Assembly: GCA_028826165.1 (NCBI GenBank)
Contig: JAPDFW010000063.1
Location: forward strand, 1,302,001 to 1,366,000
DNA: 64,000 nt
Direction of reading: 5' to 3'
From: Anaeramoeba ignava BMAN
Taxonomy: Eukaryota > Protista > Anaeramoebae
Each line of letters starts with the position of its first letter. Position 1 is the stretch's first letter. The notes beneath the pieces are model-generated. The model did no database searches. It saw only the letters and a list, made by a program, of their open reading frames with translations, and had not been told where the DNA came from. The position numbers were made by a program, and so were the translations under genes. Positions 49,880 through 62,436 of this stretch are shown piece by piece.

Positions 49880-51530
49880 TTATAAATTATTTATTTGATT
49901 AATTTTAAATATAATTTTAAATTAATATATTATTGATTATTATTAAATATTTTAGATATTTTATTTATTAAATATTTTAATTAAATAAATAATAAGAAAT
50001 TAATTAATATTTAATTAATATTTAAATTATAAATTATTTATTTAATTAATTTTAAATATAATTTTAAATTAATATATTATTGATTATTATTAAATATTTT
50101 AGATATTTTATTTATTAAATATTTTAATCAAATAAATAATAAGAAATTAATTAATATTTAATTAATATTTAAATTATAAATTATTTATTTAATTAATTTT
50201 AAATATAATTTTAAATTAATATTTATATTGATTATTATTTATTGAATATTTTTGATATTTGATTATTATTAAATATTTTAATCAAATAAATAATAAAGAA
50301 ATTAATTAATATTTAATTAATATTTAAATTATAAATTATTTATTTAATTAATTTTAAATATTATTTTAAATTAATATATTATTGATTATTATTGAATATT
50401 TTAGATATTTTATTTATTAAATATTTTAATTAAATAAATAATAAGAAATAAATTAATATTTAATTAATATTTAAATTATAAATTATTTATTTAATTAATT
50501 TTTAAATATTATTTTAAATTAATATATTATTGATTATTATTGAATATTTTAGATATTTTATTTATTAAATATTTTATTCCTAAATAAATAATAAGAAATA
50601 AATTAATATTTAATTAATATTTAAATTATAAATTATTTATTTAATTAATTTTAAATATTATTTTAAATTAATATATTATTGATTATTATTGAATATTTTT
50701 GATATTTTATTTATTAAATATTTTAATTAAATAAATAATAAGAAATAAATTAATATTTAATTAATATTTAAATTATAAATTATTTATTTAATTAATTTTA
50801 AATATTATTTTAAATTAATATATTATTAGATTATTATTGAATATTTTTAGATATTTTATTTATTAAATATTTTAACAAATAAATAATAAGAAATTAAAAT
50901 ATTTAATTAAATTTAAATTATAAATTATTTATTTAATATTTTAAATAATTTTAAATTAATATATTATTGATTATTGAATATTTTAGATATTTTATTTATT
51001 AAATAATTTTAAGAAATAAATAATATTTTTAAATTTAAATTATAAATTATTTATTTGGTTAATTTTAAATATTATTTTAAATTAATATATTATTATTATT
51101 ATTTAATATTTTTGATATTTTATTTATTAAATATTTTAATTAAATAAATAATAAGAAAATAAATTAATATTTAATTAATATTTAAATTATAAATTATTTA
51201 TTTTATTAATTTTAAATATTATTTTTTAATATATATTATTTTAAATATTTTAATATTTTATTTATTAAATATTTTAATTAAATAAATAATAAGAAATAAA
51301 TTAATATTTAATTAATATTTTTTTAAATTATTTTTTTATTAATTTTAAAATTATTTTAAATTAAATAAATAATAAGAAATATTTTAGATATTTATTTAAT
51401 TAATATTTAAATTATAAATTATTTATAAATTAATTTAATTTTTAAAAATTTATAAATTTTAAATTAATATATTATTGATTATTATTGAATATTTTAGATA
51501 TTTTATTTATTAAATATTTTAATTAAATAA
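49880..51530. repeat. 147-bp tandem repeat, about 11 units (distal ones degenerate), upstream of H3 variant copy 2
   Basis: Landmark G at 49996, 50143, 50298, 50445, 50595, 50742, 50890; spacings 147, 155, 147, 150, 147, 148. Confidence 0.9.
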
Positions 51531-51541
51531 AATCAAAACAC

Positions 51542-51626
51542 TATTATCCAATAAATTAAGAGATTTAAAAATAATAAAAATCGAAAATTATTGGATAATA
51601 TTTGATTAAAAAAAAATATAAAAAGG
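51542..51626 (+). promoter_or_regulatory. H3 variant promoter copy 2: inverted CCAAT pair plus TATA-like box
   Basis: Same TATTATCCAATAA...TTATTGGATAATA arrangement and TATAAAA as copy 1. Confidence 0.65.
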
Positions 51627-51712
51627 AAAAAATAAATTTTTTATTTCATTTTTTCATTTTTTATTTTATTTTCAAATTTATTTTTTATTAATTAATTAAT
51701 TTTTAAAAAAAA

Positions 51713-52285
51713 ATGGCAAGAACAAAATCAACTGGAAAAAAATCAACAAGTGGAAAAAGACCACATAGAGGATCAAAAGGTCAAAAAGGTCAAAAAACTG
51801 CACAAAAAGGACAAAAAGCAAGAAAAGGACAAAAAGCACAAAAAGGTCAAAAAGGTCAAAAAACTGGACAAAAAGCACAAAAAGGACAAAAAACAGCACA
51901 AAAAGCAAGAAAAGGACAAAAAGGACAAAAAGGTCATAAAACAGCACAAAAAGGACAAAAAGGAAAAAAAAGTTCAGTTGCAGCAAAAAGACAAAGAAGA
52001 GTTAAACCAGGAACAGTTGCAACAAGAGAAATTAAAAAATATCAAAAATCAACTGAATTATTATTAAGAAAATTACCATTTCAAAGATTAGTAAGAGATA
52101 TTGCACATGAACATAAATCAGATTTAAGATTTCAAAGTGCAGCTATTGCAGCTTTACAAGAAGCAACTGAAGCATTTATTGTTGAAGTTTTAGAAGATAC
52201 AAATTTATGTGCACTTCATGCTAAAAGAGTTACAATTATGAAAAATGATCTTGATTTAGTTAAAAAAATTCGTTCAAATCTTTAA
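51713..52285 (+). CDS. Histone H3 variant with (G/A)QK-repeat tail, copy 2 (protein identical to copy 1)
   Basis: Identical 190-aa translation; three synonymous differences seen. Confidence 0.95.
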   Translation: MARTKSTGKKSTSGKRPHRGSKGQKGQKTAQKGQKARKGQKAQKGQKGQKTGQKAQKGQKTAQKARKGQKGQKGHKTAQKGQKGKKSSVAAKRQRRVKPGTVATREIKKYQKSTELLLRKLPFQRLVRDIAHEHKSDLRFQSAAIAALQEATEAFIVEVLEDTNLCALHAKRVTIMKNDLDLVKKIRSNL

Positions 52286-52514
52286 ATTTAAATTTAATTT
52301 CTAATTCTAATTTTAATTCTAATTCAAATTTCCAATTTTATTTCTTTTTTTAATTTGTTTTTCTTTTTTCTTTTTTTTTTAATTTGAAATAATAAAAAAA
52401 TCCAAAAATTAAATTTAATTAAATTTTGTTTTTATTTTAATTAATTTTGTTAATTGAAAAGAAAAAAGAAATTAATTTTAATTTTAATTTTAATTTTAAT
52501 TTTTAATTTTAATT

Positions 52515-55314
52515 TTAATTAATTCTTGTTGATAATCTTGTTGCTTGTTTAATTATTGAAGGTTCATTTGAATAATTTTGGAAAATAAAATCAAGAATTT
52601 CTTTTAATTGTTGATTTTTTAATTGTTCAATATTTTCTATTTAAAAATTAAAAATTAAAAATTAAAATTAAAATTAAAATTAAAAATAAAAATTAAAATA
52701 AAAATTAAAAAATACCTTCAATAGAAGCAATATTTGCTAAAGCTCCACAAGCATATTTTAAAACTTTTTCATTATTTTTATGATTAATCATTGAATTTAA
52801 AATTAACTTAATTCCTTGATTTTGTGCAATAATTCTTTTATTTTCTTCATTAACAGCTAAATTCCATAATGATCCACATGCATTAGCTTGTAATTCTCCA
52901 TTTTTAGGATGAAATTTCATTGATTCCAAAATAGATTGAATTCCATTATGTTCAACAATAATATTCCTATTACGTTCAGTTACTTCAAGAACCCATAAAG
53001 CTGCACATGAATAAGTTTGAAGAAATGAATTTTTTCTGAAATTTTCCATTGTGTTTAAAATTAATAAAATCCCATTTAAATTTGCAATTATTTGTCTGTT
53101 TTCTGTTGAATATTGTGATATTTCCCATAATGTATGAATTGCAAATGATTGAATTTGTGGATTTTGTTGGTTCATTTTCATTGCTTCTAAAATGATTTGG
53201 ATTCCTTTTTGATCTGCAATTTTTGGTTTATTATCACTTCCTCTTGAAATAATTTCAATTGTTGATAAAACACTTGGTAAAGTATTCAAAGGAAACATTC
53301 TAATTGCTCGAAATAATTCACTTAATAATTCTTCAGCTAATGGAATTTTAATATTCTTTCGATTTGAATATTCATCAACAAATTTCTCAATAATTGATAA
53401 TTTTGTTTCCCATAAAAGTCTTGATTTCATAGCTTCGGAAAGAACACTTAAATGTTTTGAAACATCATTTTCTGTAAATTGTTGATTGATTTGTGCTAAT
53501 AAAATAAATGGAAGTTGAACCGAATAAGAAATCATTCTTGATATTTTGTTTTCCACATTTCCAAAATGAATTCTTCCATCATCAACATAGTAAAATCTTT
53601 GTAATAAGATACTTATTAATTTTCTTCCTGAATGTGCAATTTTTGTATCAACATTAACTTGTGAAAAACATGAAACAAAAAGTAATTCTTTTGAGAAAAT
53701 ATCACTTGTAATTTTTGATATTGTTGGAAAACATGCAAATATTAATGCAATTTTATGAAGAATTGCTCTTATTTTCTGTTCTTCTGTTTGAATCAAGTTT
53801 TTTTGATTTAAAATTATTGGAACACATTTTTTAAGAAGGATATTTGCACATAAAAGAAGTTCATCTTCATCTCTGGTTGATAAAAATAAGTGATTATAAA
53901 TTACGTTTACAAAATGTTCACAAAATGAAGGTGTAATATCTCGATTTTCATTAAATTGATCAATCATTCCTTCATAATATTCATCTGCTTTTTCTATTGG
54001 AATACCTAATTTTTTTAAAAATTCATTTTAAAAATTCATTTTGAAAATTAAATAAAATTATAATTTATAATTTACCATAATCAAAATATTGTTCAACTTG
54101 ATAATAACTTTTTTGAGAAACAAGAACTTGAATAAAACGATCAATTAAATCAGGATTAAAATCATTAACAAGTTTTAATTTAGTCATTAATTGAGGATTA
54201 TCAACAGGAAAAACTTTTAAGAATTCAGGTGCATTTTCAAACAATGAAATAACAATTTTTGGAAGATCTGAATGAAGTAAATAAAGAATTAATTTGTATT
54301 TTTTTTTATCATTTAAATTTGAAAGTGAATCATTAAATGTTTTAGATCCAATTCCATTCATTTGTTTCTCAAGAAAATTTCCCATTAATGTTTGAGATTC
54401 TTGTTTAATTGTAATGTTAGTTTCATGTGGAAGAAAACTAACAAATGAAATTATTGAATCAATTTGTTCATTTACATTTTTCTTAATAAGATTTTTAAAA
54501 AACTAATTTTCAAATTAAAATTCATTTTCAAATTAAAATTCATTTTGAAATTAAAATTCATTTTGAAATTAAAATTCATTTTCAAATTAAAATTAATATT
54601 CATTTTAAAATTAAAATTCAAATTAAAATTAAAATTAAAATTAAAATTAAAATTAAAATTAAAATTCATTTTGAAATTAATATTCATTTTGAAATTAAAA
54701 TTCATTTTCAAATTAAAATTCATTTTGAAATTAAAATTCATTTTGAAATTAATATTAAAATTCATTTTCAAATTATAAATAAAATTCAAATTCATTTTCA
54801 AATTAAAATTAAAATTAAAATTCAAATTAAAATTAATATTCAAATTAAAATTCATTTTCAAATTAAAATTCATTTTGAAATTAAAATTCATTTTGAAATT
54901 AAAATTCATTTTGAAATTCAAATTCATTTTCAAATTAAAATTATAATTAATATTCAAATTATAATTTAAATTCATTTTGAAATTAAAAAGATTTTAATTT
55001 GTTTTTGTTTTTGTTTTTGTTTTTGTTTTTGCTTTTTTCGCTTTTAATAAAAAAAAATTTACTTGATTTGCTTCATTTATAAGAAATTGAGTAACTTGTT
55101 GTTGGATTTTTAAATTAAGAAAAGTGGTTGATTGGTCAATTAATTCATTTGTTTCTGGATTAATCCATTGAGTTTTTTGTAAAGTGCTTCTGTCAAATGT
55201 TTCTCCAGTTTGTAAAGTAATTGGTTCTAAAAAAATATGATTTGTTGTTGGATCAATTAAAGTAACTGGTATTTTGACATTTAATTCTGATAAAAGATAA
55301 TTTGAAATTGACAT
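52515..55314 (-). CDS. U-box + armadillo-repeat protein (putative E3 ligase), 4 exons
   Basis: IPVTLIDPTTNHIFLEPITLQTGETFDRSTL..NP.TNE..NLKIQQQV (U-box); C-terminal ARM repeats such as GIQSILESMKFHPKNGELQANACGSLWNLA. Confidence 0.82.
54500..54990. repeat. 18-bp repeat (aaattaaaattcattttc/g) in U-box gene intron 1
   Basis: Read directly in the sequence. Confidence 0.85.
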
Positions 55315-55494
55315 TGATTAAATTGTAAAAAATGTGTAGAAAATGTTTTTTTTTGTTTTTTAAAAAGAAGAAAAAATGAAAAATGAATTTTGATAAAAAA
55401 AATTTTTTTTAATTTTTTTCATTTTTTCATTTTTTCATTTTTCATTTTTTTCATTTTTTCATTTTTTCATTTTATAAATTTTATAATTTTTTTA

Positions 55495-57078
55495 ATGAAT
55501 AACTCAACTAAAAGAAAACAAAAAGATGTTCTTGCTTTGTAATTATTTAACAATTTAAAAAAGAAAAAGAAAAAAGAAAAAAGAAAAAATTTAAATTAAT
55601 TTTAAAATAAAATTTCAAAAAAAAAACAAAAAGAATGAAAACAAATTTTGAAGTAAAACTTGAAAATGAAAATGATTTATCCGTTTTCACAGTTAAATTC
55701 CATGGACCAGCAGATAGTAATTATGAAAATAATAATTAAAAAAAATGATTTCAAATTGAAAAAAAAATTTTAAATAAAAAAATCAATAACATTTTTTGTT
55801 GAATAAAAAATAATTCTTATTATTCAATATATAACCCACATTAGCCCCATATGAAGGAGGTGTTTGGGATGTAAGAGTTCAATTACCTGATCAATATCCA
55901 TTTAAATCACCTTCAATAGGGTTTCTAAATAGAATCTATCACCCGAACATTGAGTTCAGGTAAATTCAAATTTTTTTAATTCATTTTAAATTTTTTTGAT
56001 CTTTGGAATTTTGCAAACTTAATAAATTTAGTTCAGGTGCTGTTTGTTTAGATGTAATAAATCAAGCATGGAGTCCAATGTTTGGTAATTTTTAATTTTA
56101 TTTTTTTCAGTTTTTTTTTTAAATTTTTTCATTCTTTTTTTTTTATTAGAAATTAAACATGTTTTTGAAGTTTTTCTTCCTCAATTATTATTATATCCAA
56201 ATCCAAGTGATCCTTTAAATAGAGAAGCTGCTAATTTATTATCTTCAAATAAAAATCAATATGATCTTATTGTTAAAAGTACATTCAAAAATGAAAAATT
56301 TAAATCAATTTAAAATGAAAAATTTAAATCAATTAAAAATGAAAAATTTAAATCAATTAAAAATTAAAAATTTAAATCAATTAAAATGAAAAATTAAATC
56401 AATTTAAAATTAAAAATTTAAATCAATTTAAAATGAAAAATTTAAATCAATTTAAAATTAAAAATTTAAATCAATTTAAAATGAAAAATTTAAATCAATT
56501 TAAAATGAAAAATTTAAATCAATTTAAAAATGAAAAATTTAAATTAATTAAAAATGAAAAATTTAAATCAATTAAAAATTAAAAATTAAATCAATTAAAA
56601 ATGAAAAATTTAAATCAATTAAAAATGAGAAATTTAAATCAATTTAAAAATGAAAAATTTAAATTAATTTAAAATGAAAAATTTAAATTAATTTAAAAAT
56701 GAAAAATTTAAATCAATTAAAAATGAAAAATTTAAATTAATTTAAAATTAAAAATTTAAATTAATTTAAAATGAAAAATTTAAATCAATTAAAAATGGAA
56801 AATTTAAATCAATTTAAAATGAAAAATTTAAATCAATTTAAAATGGAAAATTTAAATCAATTAAATTCTTCATTCCCCTTTTTTTTAAAGAATTTGTCCA
56901 ACAATATGCAAAACCAAAAAATCAAGATTCAAAAATACATGAAAATACAAATGAATCCAACAAAAAAGAGGAAATAAGTGCTGAGGTTACTGTAAGTGAT
57001 ATTTCAGATTTAAGTGATGATCCAGATTCTTTATATGATTCTATGTATGGTTCAACAAATCGTTCAAATTTAAACTAA
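55495..57078 (+). CDS. UBE2H: Ubiquitin-conjugating enzyme E2 H (Ubc8), 6 exons; missed by the ORF track
   Basis: [93 protein letters not shown], acidic tail. Confidence 0.95.
56288..56865. repeat. ~24-bp tandem repeat (aaaatgaaaaatttaaatcaattt) in UBE2H intron 5
   Basis: Read directly in the sequence. Confidence 0.88.
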
Positions 57079-57350
57079 ACAAAGAAAAACTAAATAAATT
57101 CTTTTTTTTTTTTCATTTAAATTTTTTTAAAAAGAAATAAATTTTCATTTTTAAATCAATTATTTCAATTTGGTTTTTGATTTAATTTAATTTAATTTAA
57201 AAAAAAGTTCGCTAAATTAATTCAACTCTTTGATTTCTTTTATTTTTTTCGTAAATTAGAGAATTTTTTTTTCCTAATGTTTCAAAGAATTGTAATTTTG
57301 ATTCAAGTTTTGGATTTATACTTTTTGTTACATGACCAATTTGTGGATAT

Positions 57351-60300
57351 CTAAATTTCATGACTTGAATTTTGATTTAAATTTGGAGTTTTATTTACTC
57401 TTTTATTTTGATTTGTATTTTGATTTAATTTTTGATTTGTATTTTGATTTGTATTTTGATTTGATTTTTGATTTGGATTTTGATTCGATTTTTGATTTGT
57501 ATTTTGATTTGTATTTTGATTTAAATTTTTATTCGATTTTTGATTTAGATTTTGATTTGGATTTTGATTTAAATTTTTATTTGATTTTTGATTTGTATTT
57601 TGATTTGTATTTTGATTTAATTTTTGATTTGTATTTTTATTTGATTTTTGATTTGTATTTTGATTTAATTTTTGATTTAATTTTTGATTTGTATTTTGAT
57701 TTGATTTTTGATTTGGATTTTGATTTAATTTTTGATTTGTATTTTGATTTGTATTTTTATTCACTCTTTGGTTTTTATTGAAATTTAAATTTGATTTTAA
57801 TTTTTGATTTTGAATTTGATTTTGATTTGGATTTGATTTTTGATATTTATTTAAACTTGGACTTTTATTTATTCTTTTATTTTCATTTTGAATTGGTGAT
57901 ATATTTTGTTTTTGATTTGCATTTAAATTTGGACTTTTATTTGATTTTTGATTTGTATTTTGATTTAATTTTTGATTCGATTTTTGATTTGTATTTTGAT
58001 TTGTATTTTGATTTGTATTTTGATTTGTATTTTTATTCACTCTTTGGTTTTTATTGAAATTTAAATTTGATTTTGATTTTTGATTTTGATTTTGATTTGA
58101 TTTTTGATATTTATTTAAACTTGGACTTTTATTTATTCTTTTATTTTGAATTTGATTTGGATTTGATTTTTGATATTTATTTAAATTTGGACTTTTATTT
58201 ATTCTTTTATTTTCATTTTGAATTGGTGATATATTTTGTTTTTGATTTTGATTTGATTTCTGATTTTGATTTTGATTTTCAGTTTGATTTTCAATTTGAA
58301 TTTGAATTTTATTTTGATTTTGATTTTGATTTTGATTTTGATTTTGATTTTGATTTTGATTTTGGATTTGATTTTGATTTTCAGTTTGATTTTCAATTTG
58401 ATTTTGAATTTGAATTTGAATTTTATTTTGATTTTGATTTTGAACTTGATTTTGAATTTGAATTTGATTTTGATTTTGATTTTGATTTTCAATTTGATTT
58501 TGATTTTCATTTTCAATTTTATTTTGATTTTGATTTTCAATTTGATTTTCAATTTGATTTTCAATTTGATTTTGATTTTGATTTTTATTTTCAATTTTAA
58601 TTTCAATTTGATTTTGATTTTCATTTTGATTTTCATTTTGATTTTCATTTTGAATTTGATTTTGATTTTGATTTTGATTTTCATTTTCATTTTCAACTTG
58701 ATTTTGATTTTCATTTTGATTTTGATTTGAATTTGAATTTTTTGAAATTCTTGGATTTGATTTTAGAATTGATTGCAAGTTTGATTTTGTAATTGGAGTT
58801 CTCTTCATTTTTTGAGCTGATTTTGATTTTGAATTTAATTTTTGAGGTTTTTTCGGTTTTGATTTTGAAGATGACATAAATTCCATATTTAATCTTTCAT
58901 TAAAATTTGAAACAGCGTTTGAATTTGATTTTAATTTTAGTTTCTTTTGTTCATTAGCTTCTATTTTATTTTTAAATTTTTTGTGTGATTTTGAGATTGT
59001 ATTTGGCTTTATTACACTTTCAGAAAGAATTTTATTTTTTTGTAATTGAGATTGACTTTTTTTTGATCTTTGATTTAATTTTTGGGAATTTTCAATAGTT
59101 TTAATATTTTTCCTTGGATTTAAATCGTTTATTGGTTTTGGTTTTTTGGAACTGATATATTTGGAAGGTGTAAGTTGAATTTTATTATTTTTTTCTTCCT
59201 TTGATTTTTCTATGATTTTGTCATTCATTTTTAGATTTAAATTATTTTGATTTTGATTTTGATTTTGAATTTGATTTTTATTTTGATTTTTATTTTGATT
59301 TTGATTTTGATTTTGATTTTGATTTTGAATTTGAATTTGATTTTGATTTTGATTTTTAATTTGATTTTGATTTTGAATTTGATTTTTATTTTGATTTTGA
59401 TTTTGATTTTGAATTTGATTTTGATTTTGAATTTGATTTTGAATTTGATTTTGATTTTGAATTTGATTTTGATTTTGAATTTCATTTTGAATTTGAATTT
59501 GATTTTGAATTTGATTTTGATTTTGATTTTGATTTTGATTTTTATTTGAATTTTCTAAATGATAAATCTCTCTTGCAAGTGAATGCCTGATTTTTTTTTC
59601 TTTTTGTATATTCTTTTCTTGTAGTTTTTTCTGTGGAGTTTGCTTTGTATTTTGTTGTGGAATATTATTATCTGGATGTTCAATCAATTCCTTTTGTAAA
59701 TCCTTTAAAACATCTGTTTTTGAAAATGCTGCTGAAAAAGTTTTGAATGTTTTAGGTGAACGATATGTTTCTTTTATTAAGTTGAAAAATTGTCTATCAT
59801 TTCTTGCTTGCTTTTGATTATTTTCTTCTGTTTTTTCAACTGAAAAATGCTCGGTCAATCTATTAAATTTATTTAAAGAAATCTGTGGAGATTCTTGACG
59901 AATTGTTATTGTTGGATTTTGGGTTTTCAACTTATCTTGACTTCTAGATTTCCAAATTTCAAAAAGACTGTTTATTTTATTATGAAAATCTTTTTCTGTA
60001 TTTTTTTCATTTTGGTGTTTATTTTGAACTTCTTCGTTTTTATTATCAATAAATCGATCTTTCTCTGAATCAATATAAATATTAATATCATTGTTTACTT
60101 TAATAGTTTCAAACAAATTTTCCTGATTATGTTCATCAATTAAATTATTTTCTTGGTTTTCTTCTTTATATTCATCAATTAAATTATTTTCTTGATTTTC
60201 TTCCTTATATTCATCAATTAAATTATTTTCTTTTTCTTCCTTATATTCTTCCTTATATTCTTCAATTAAATTGTTTTCTTGATTTTCTTCTTTATATTCT

Positions 60301-62271
60301 TCAATTAAATTATTTTCTTGATTTTCTTCTTTATATTCTTCAATTAAATTATTTTCTTGATTTTCAATTTTTGAGTTTATTTGATCAATATTTTGAGGAA
60401 TTGTAAGATGAGATCTTGGTAATTTTGGAAGAGGTCTTATATATTTATGTGTGACACTTTCTTTCCTTTTTCTTTGTGCTGGAATATCTTCTGTATCTTC
60501 TGTAAAAGATAAAATTTTTGGTGCATTGTTTATGATAGTTTTTTTTCTATAATTAAGTCCTTTTAAAAATCCTGTAATAAAACTTTCTCCAGTGTTTTTT
60601 TCATCAACACTATATCCTGGATGTTCTGCAATATGAGATTCAAAATCATCCAGGTCTACTTTTGATATTTGCTTTTGCATCATTGCTTCTCTTATTTGTA
60701 TCCATTCAACAAACATTTGAGTTTTTGAAAATTTTTGAATAAATTTTTGAGTTCTTTTTCTTCTTGAAATTAAGAATCTTTCTAAATTAAATTTGTATTC
60801 TTTTTTTGATTCATCAAATTCCATAAATGCAGCATAATCACCAAGAATTTTTATCCAAAAAAGAAAAAATTTTTCAATGATTTCAGTTGGATCAAAATGG
60901 GTTAGATCTAATTCGATTATTTTGTTTTTGAATTTTAAATTGAAATAAATTTTTAAAATGAATTAATTTTTAAAATGAAATAAACCTTCTAAACATCCTT
61001 TTAATCCAGAAACTAATTTATTTATTCTATGAGAAGGAAAAAAACTCAAATCTTGAGGATTAAATTCAACTCTATTATCATCCAAATCAACATAAGTAAC
61101 ATCTGATAAATTCATTGATTCAAGTTCAGGAATCATCGAATCATGAACTCCAAGAATAAAAGGAAAAGGAGCAAGTACAGTTTGAATCAAATTTTTTGGT
61201 AAAATAGGAATAAAGGTATGCTATTAATAATTGAATTTTTTTTTTTTGAAAAAATATTATAAAGCAAAATTTTAACACAAAAATAATAAGACATTTTTTT
61301 TTGTTTTCCGAAAATCAATTCATAAAATCTCCTGGAAATCATGAATTATAAAGTAACCAATATTTACATGCCATAAAAAAGGTTGCGCAATAAAACAACA
61401 TGAAAAAACAGCATTTGAAAGAAGATGCAAATTTGTTGAGGATAAAATAATCCTTTTTTCGAGTATAATTGAAGAGAATAAACAAACAACTCTTTTTGGA
61501 TCTAAAGCCTTAAAAAAAACCGACAAATCAAACTAAAAAGAAAAACGATTTAAAAAACGATCCACAGTTGATTCAATAAAAAATATAAATGAGGGAAATT
61601 GATTTTGATTTTTTCATACATTTGCATAAATAGAAGATGGATAATATAAATGCAAAGCTTGATCTTTTTTATGAGTCATTTGAAATATCACAGAATCTCC
61701 GCGCAAAGGAGGGGTTTTTGAGTACAAAAATTGCATAAAATTATTCAAAGTATTTGCTTCTTTCTTTTTGGTAATTTGAGGAAAAATATCAAGAAAGAAA
61801 TCTGTAAAAGGACTAAAAAAATTGGGTTTTTCGAAATACCAAAATTAGTTAAGCTGAAATTTATGAAGCAAAGGGTAATTAAGTCTTACTATTGACAAAA
61901 AAAACCCATGCATTGAATTATTTTTTTTTCTGAATTTTCTTTTAATAAACGTTGACAAACTGCATATTTTCTTGTTCCTTCCATATCTGTTAAACTAAAT
62001 GTGAAATTAAAACTAAAGACACACAAAAAATATCAATAAAAGTTTTGTTGTTTTGAAATTAGTGTGAGAAATTCTACTTCTCTTTGTAGTGTTCTTGTAT
62101 AAATTGTCTTGATTCTGAGAAACAAAATTCTCCTATTTGCGTTATATATTCAGTTCTTAAATTATCTGGAAATAAATATTTGATTTGTATTTCTTCTTCG
62201 TCTTCCTTAATATTTATTGGATTTATTGGAAATTCATAGATAAAAAAGTTTTGAAAAAGTAAATTTGACAT
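57351..62271 (-). CDS. Second DENN-domain Rab GEF (DENND1-like) with very long N/Q-rich C-terminus, 6 exons
   Basis: QIGEFCF, FTFSLTDMEGTRKYAVC, LFSSIILEKRIILSS, QPFLWH|HTFIPILP..APFPFILGVH, YVDLD, FIQKFSKTQMFVEWI. Confidence 0.85.
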
Positions 62272-62436
62272 TTAAAAAGAAAAATGAAAAAATGAAAAAA
62301 TGAAAAATGAAAAAATGAAAAAAAAATTTCTTCATTTAAAAAAAGGTGAATTTTTTTTTTATTCCACATTTTTTTCTTTCACTTTTTTTTTCTTTCCATT
62401 TTTTTCATTTTTTTCATTTTTTCATTTTCATTTTAA

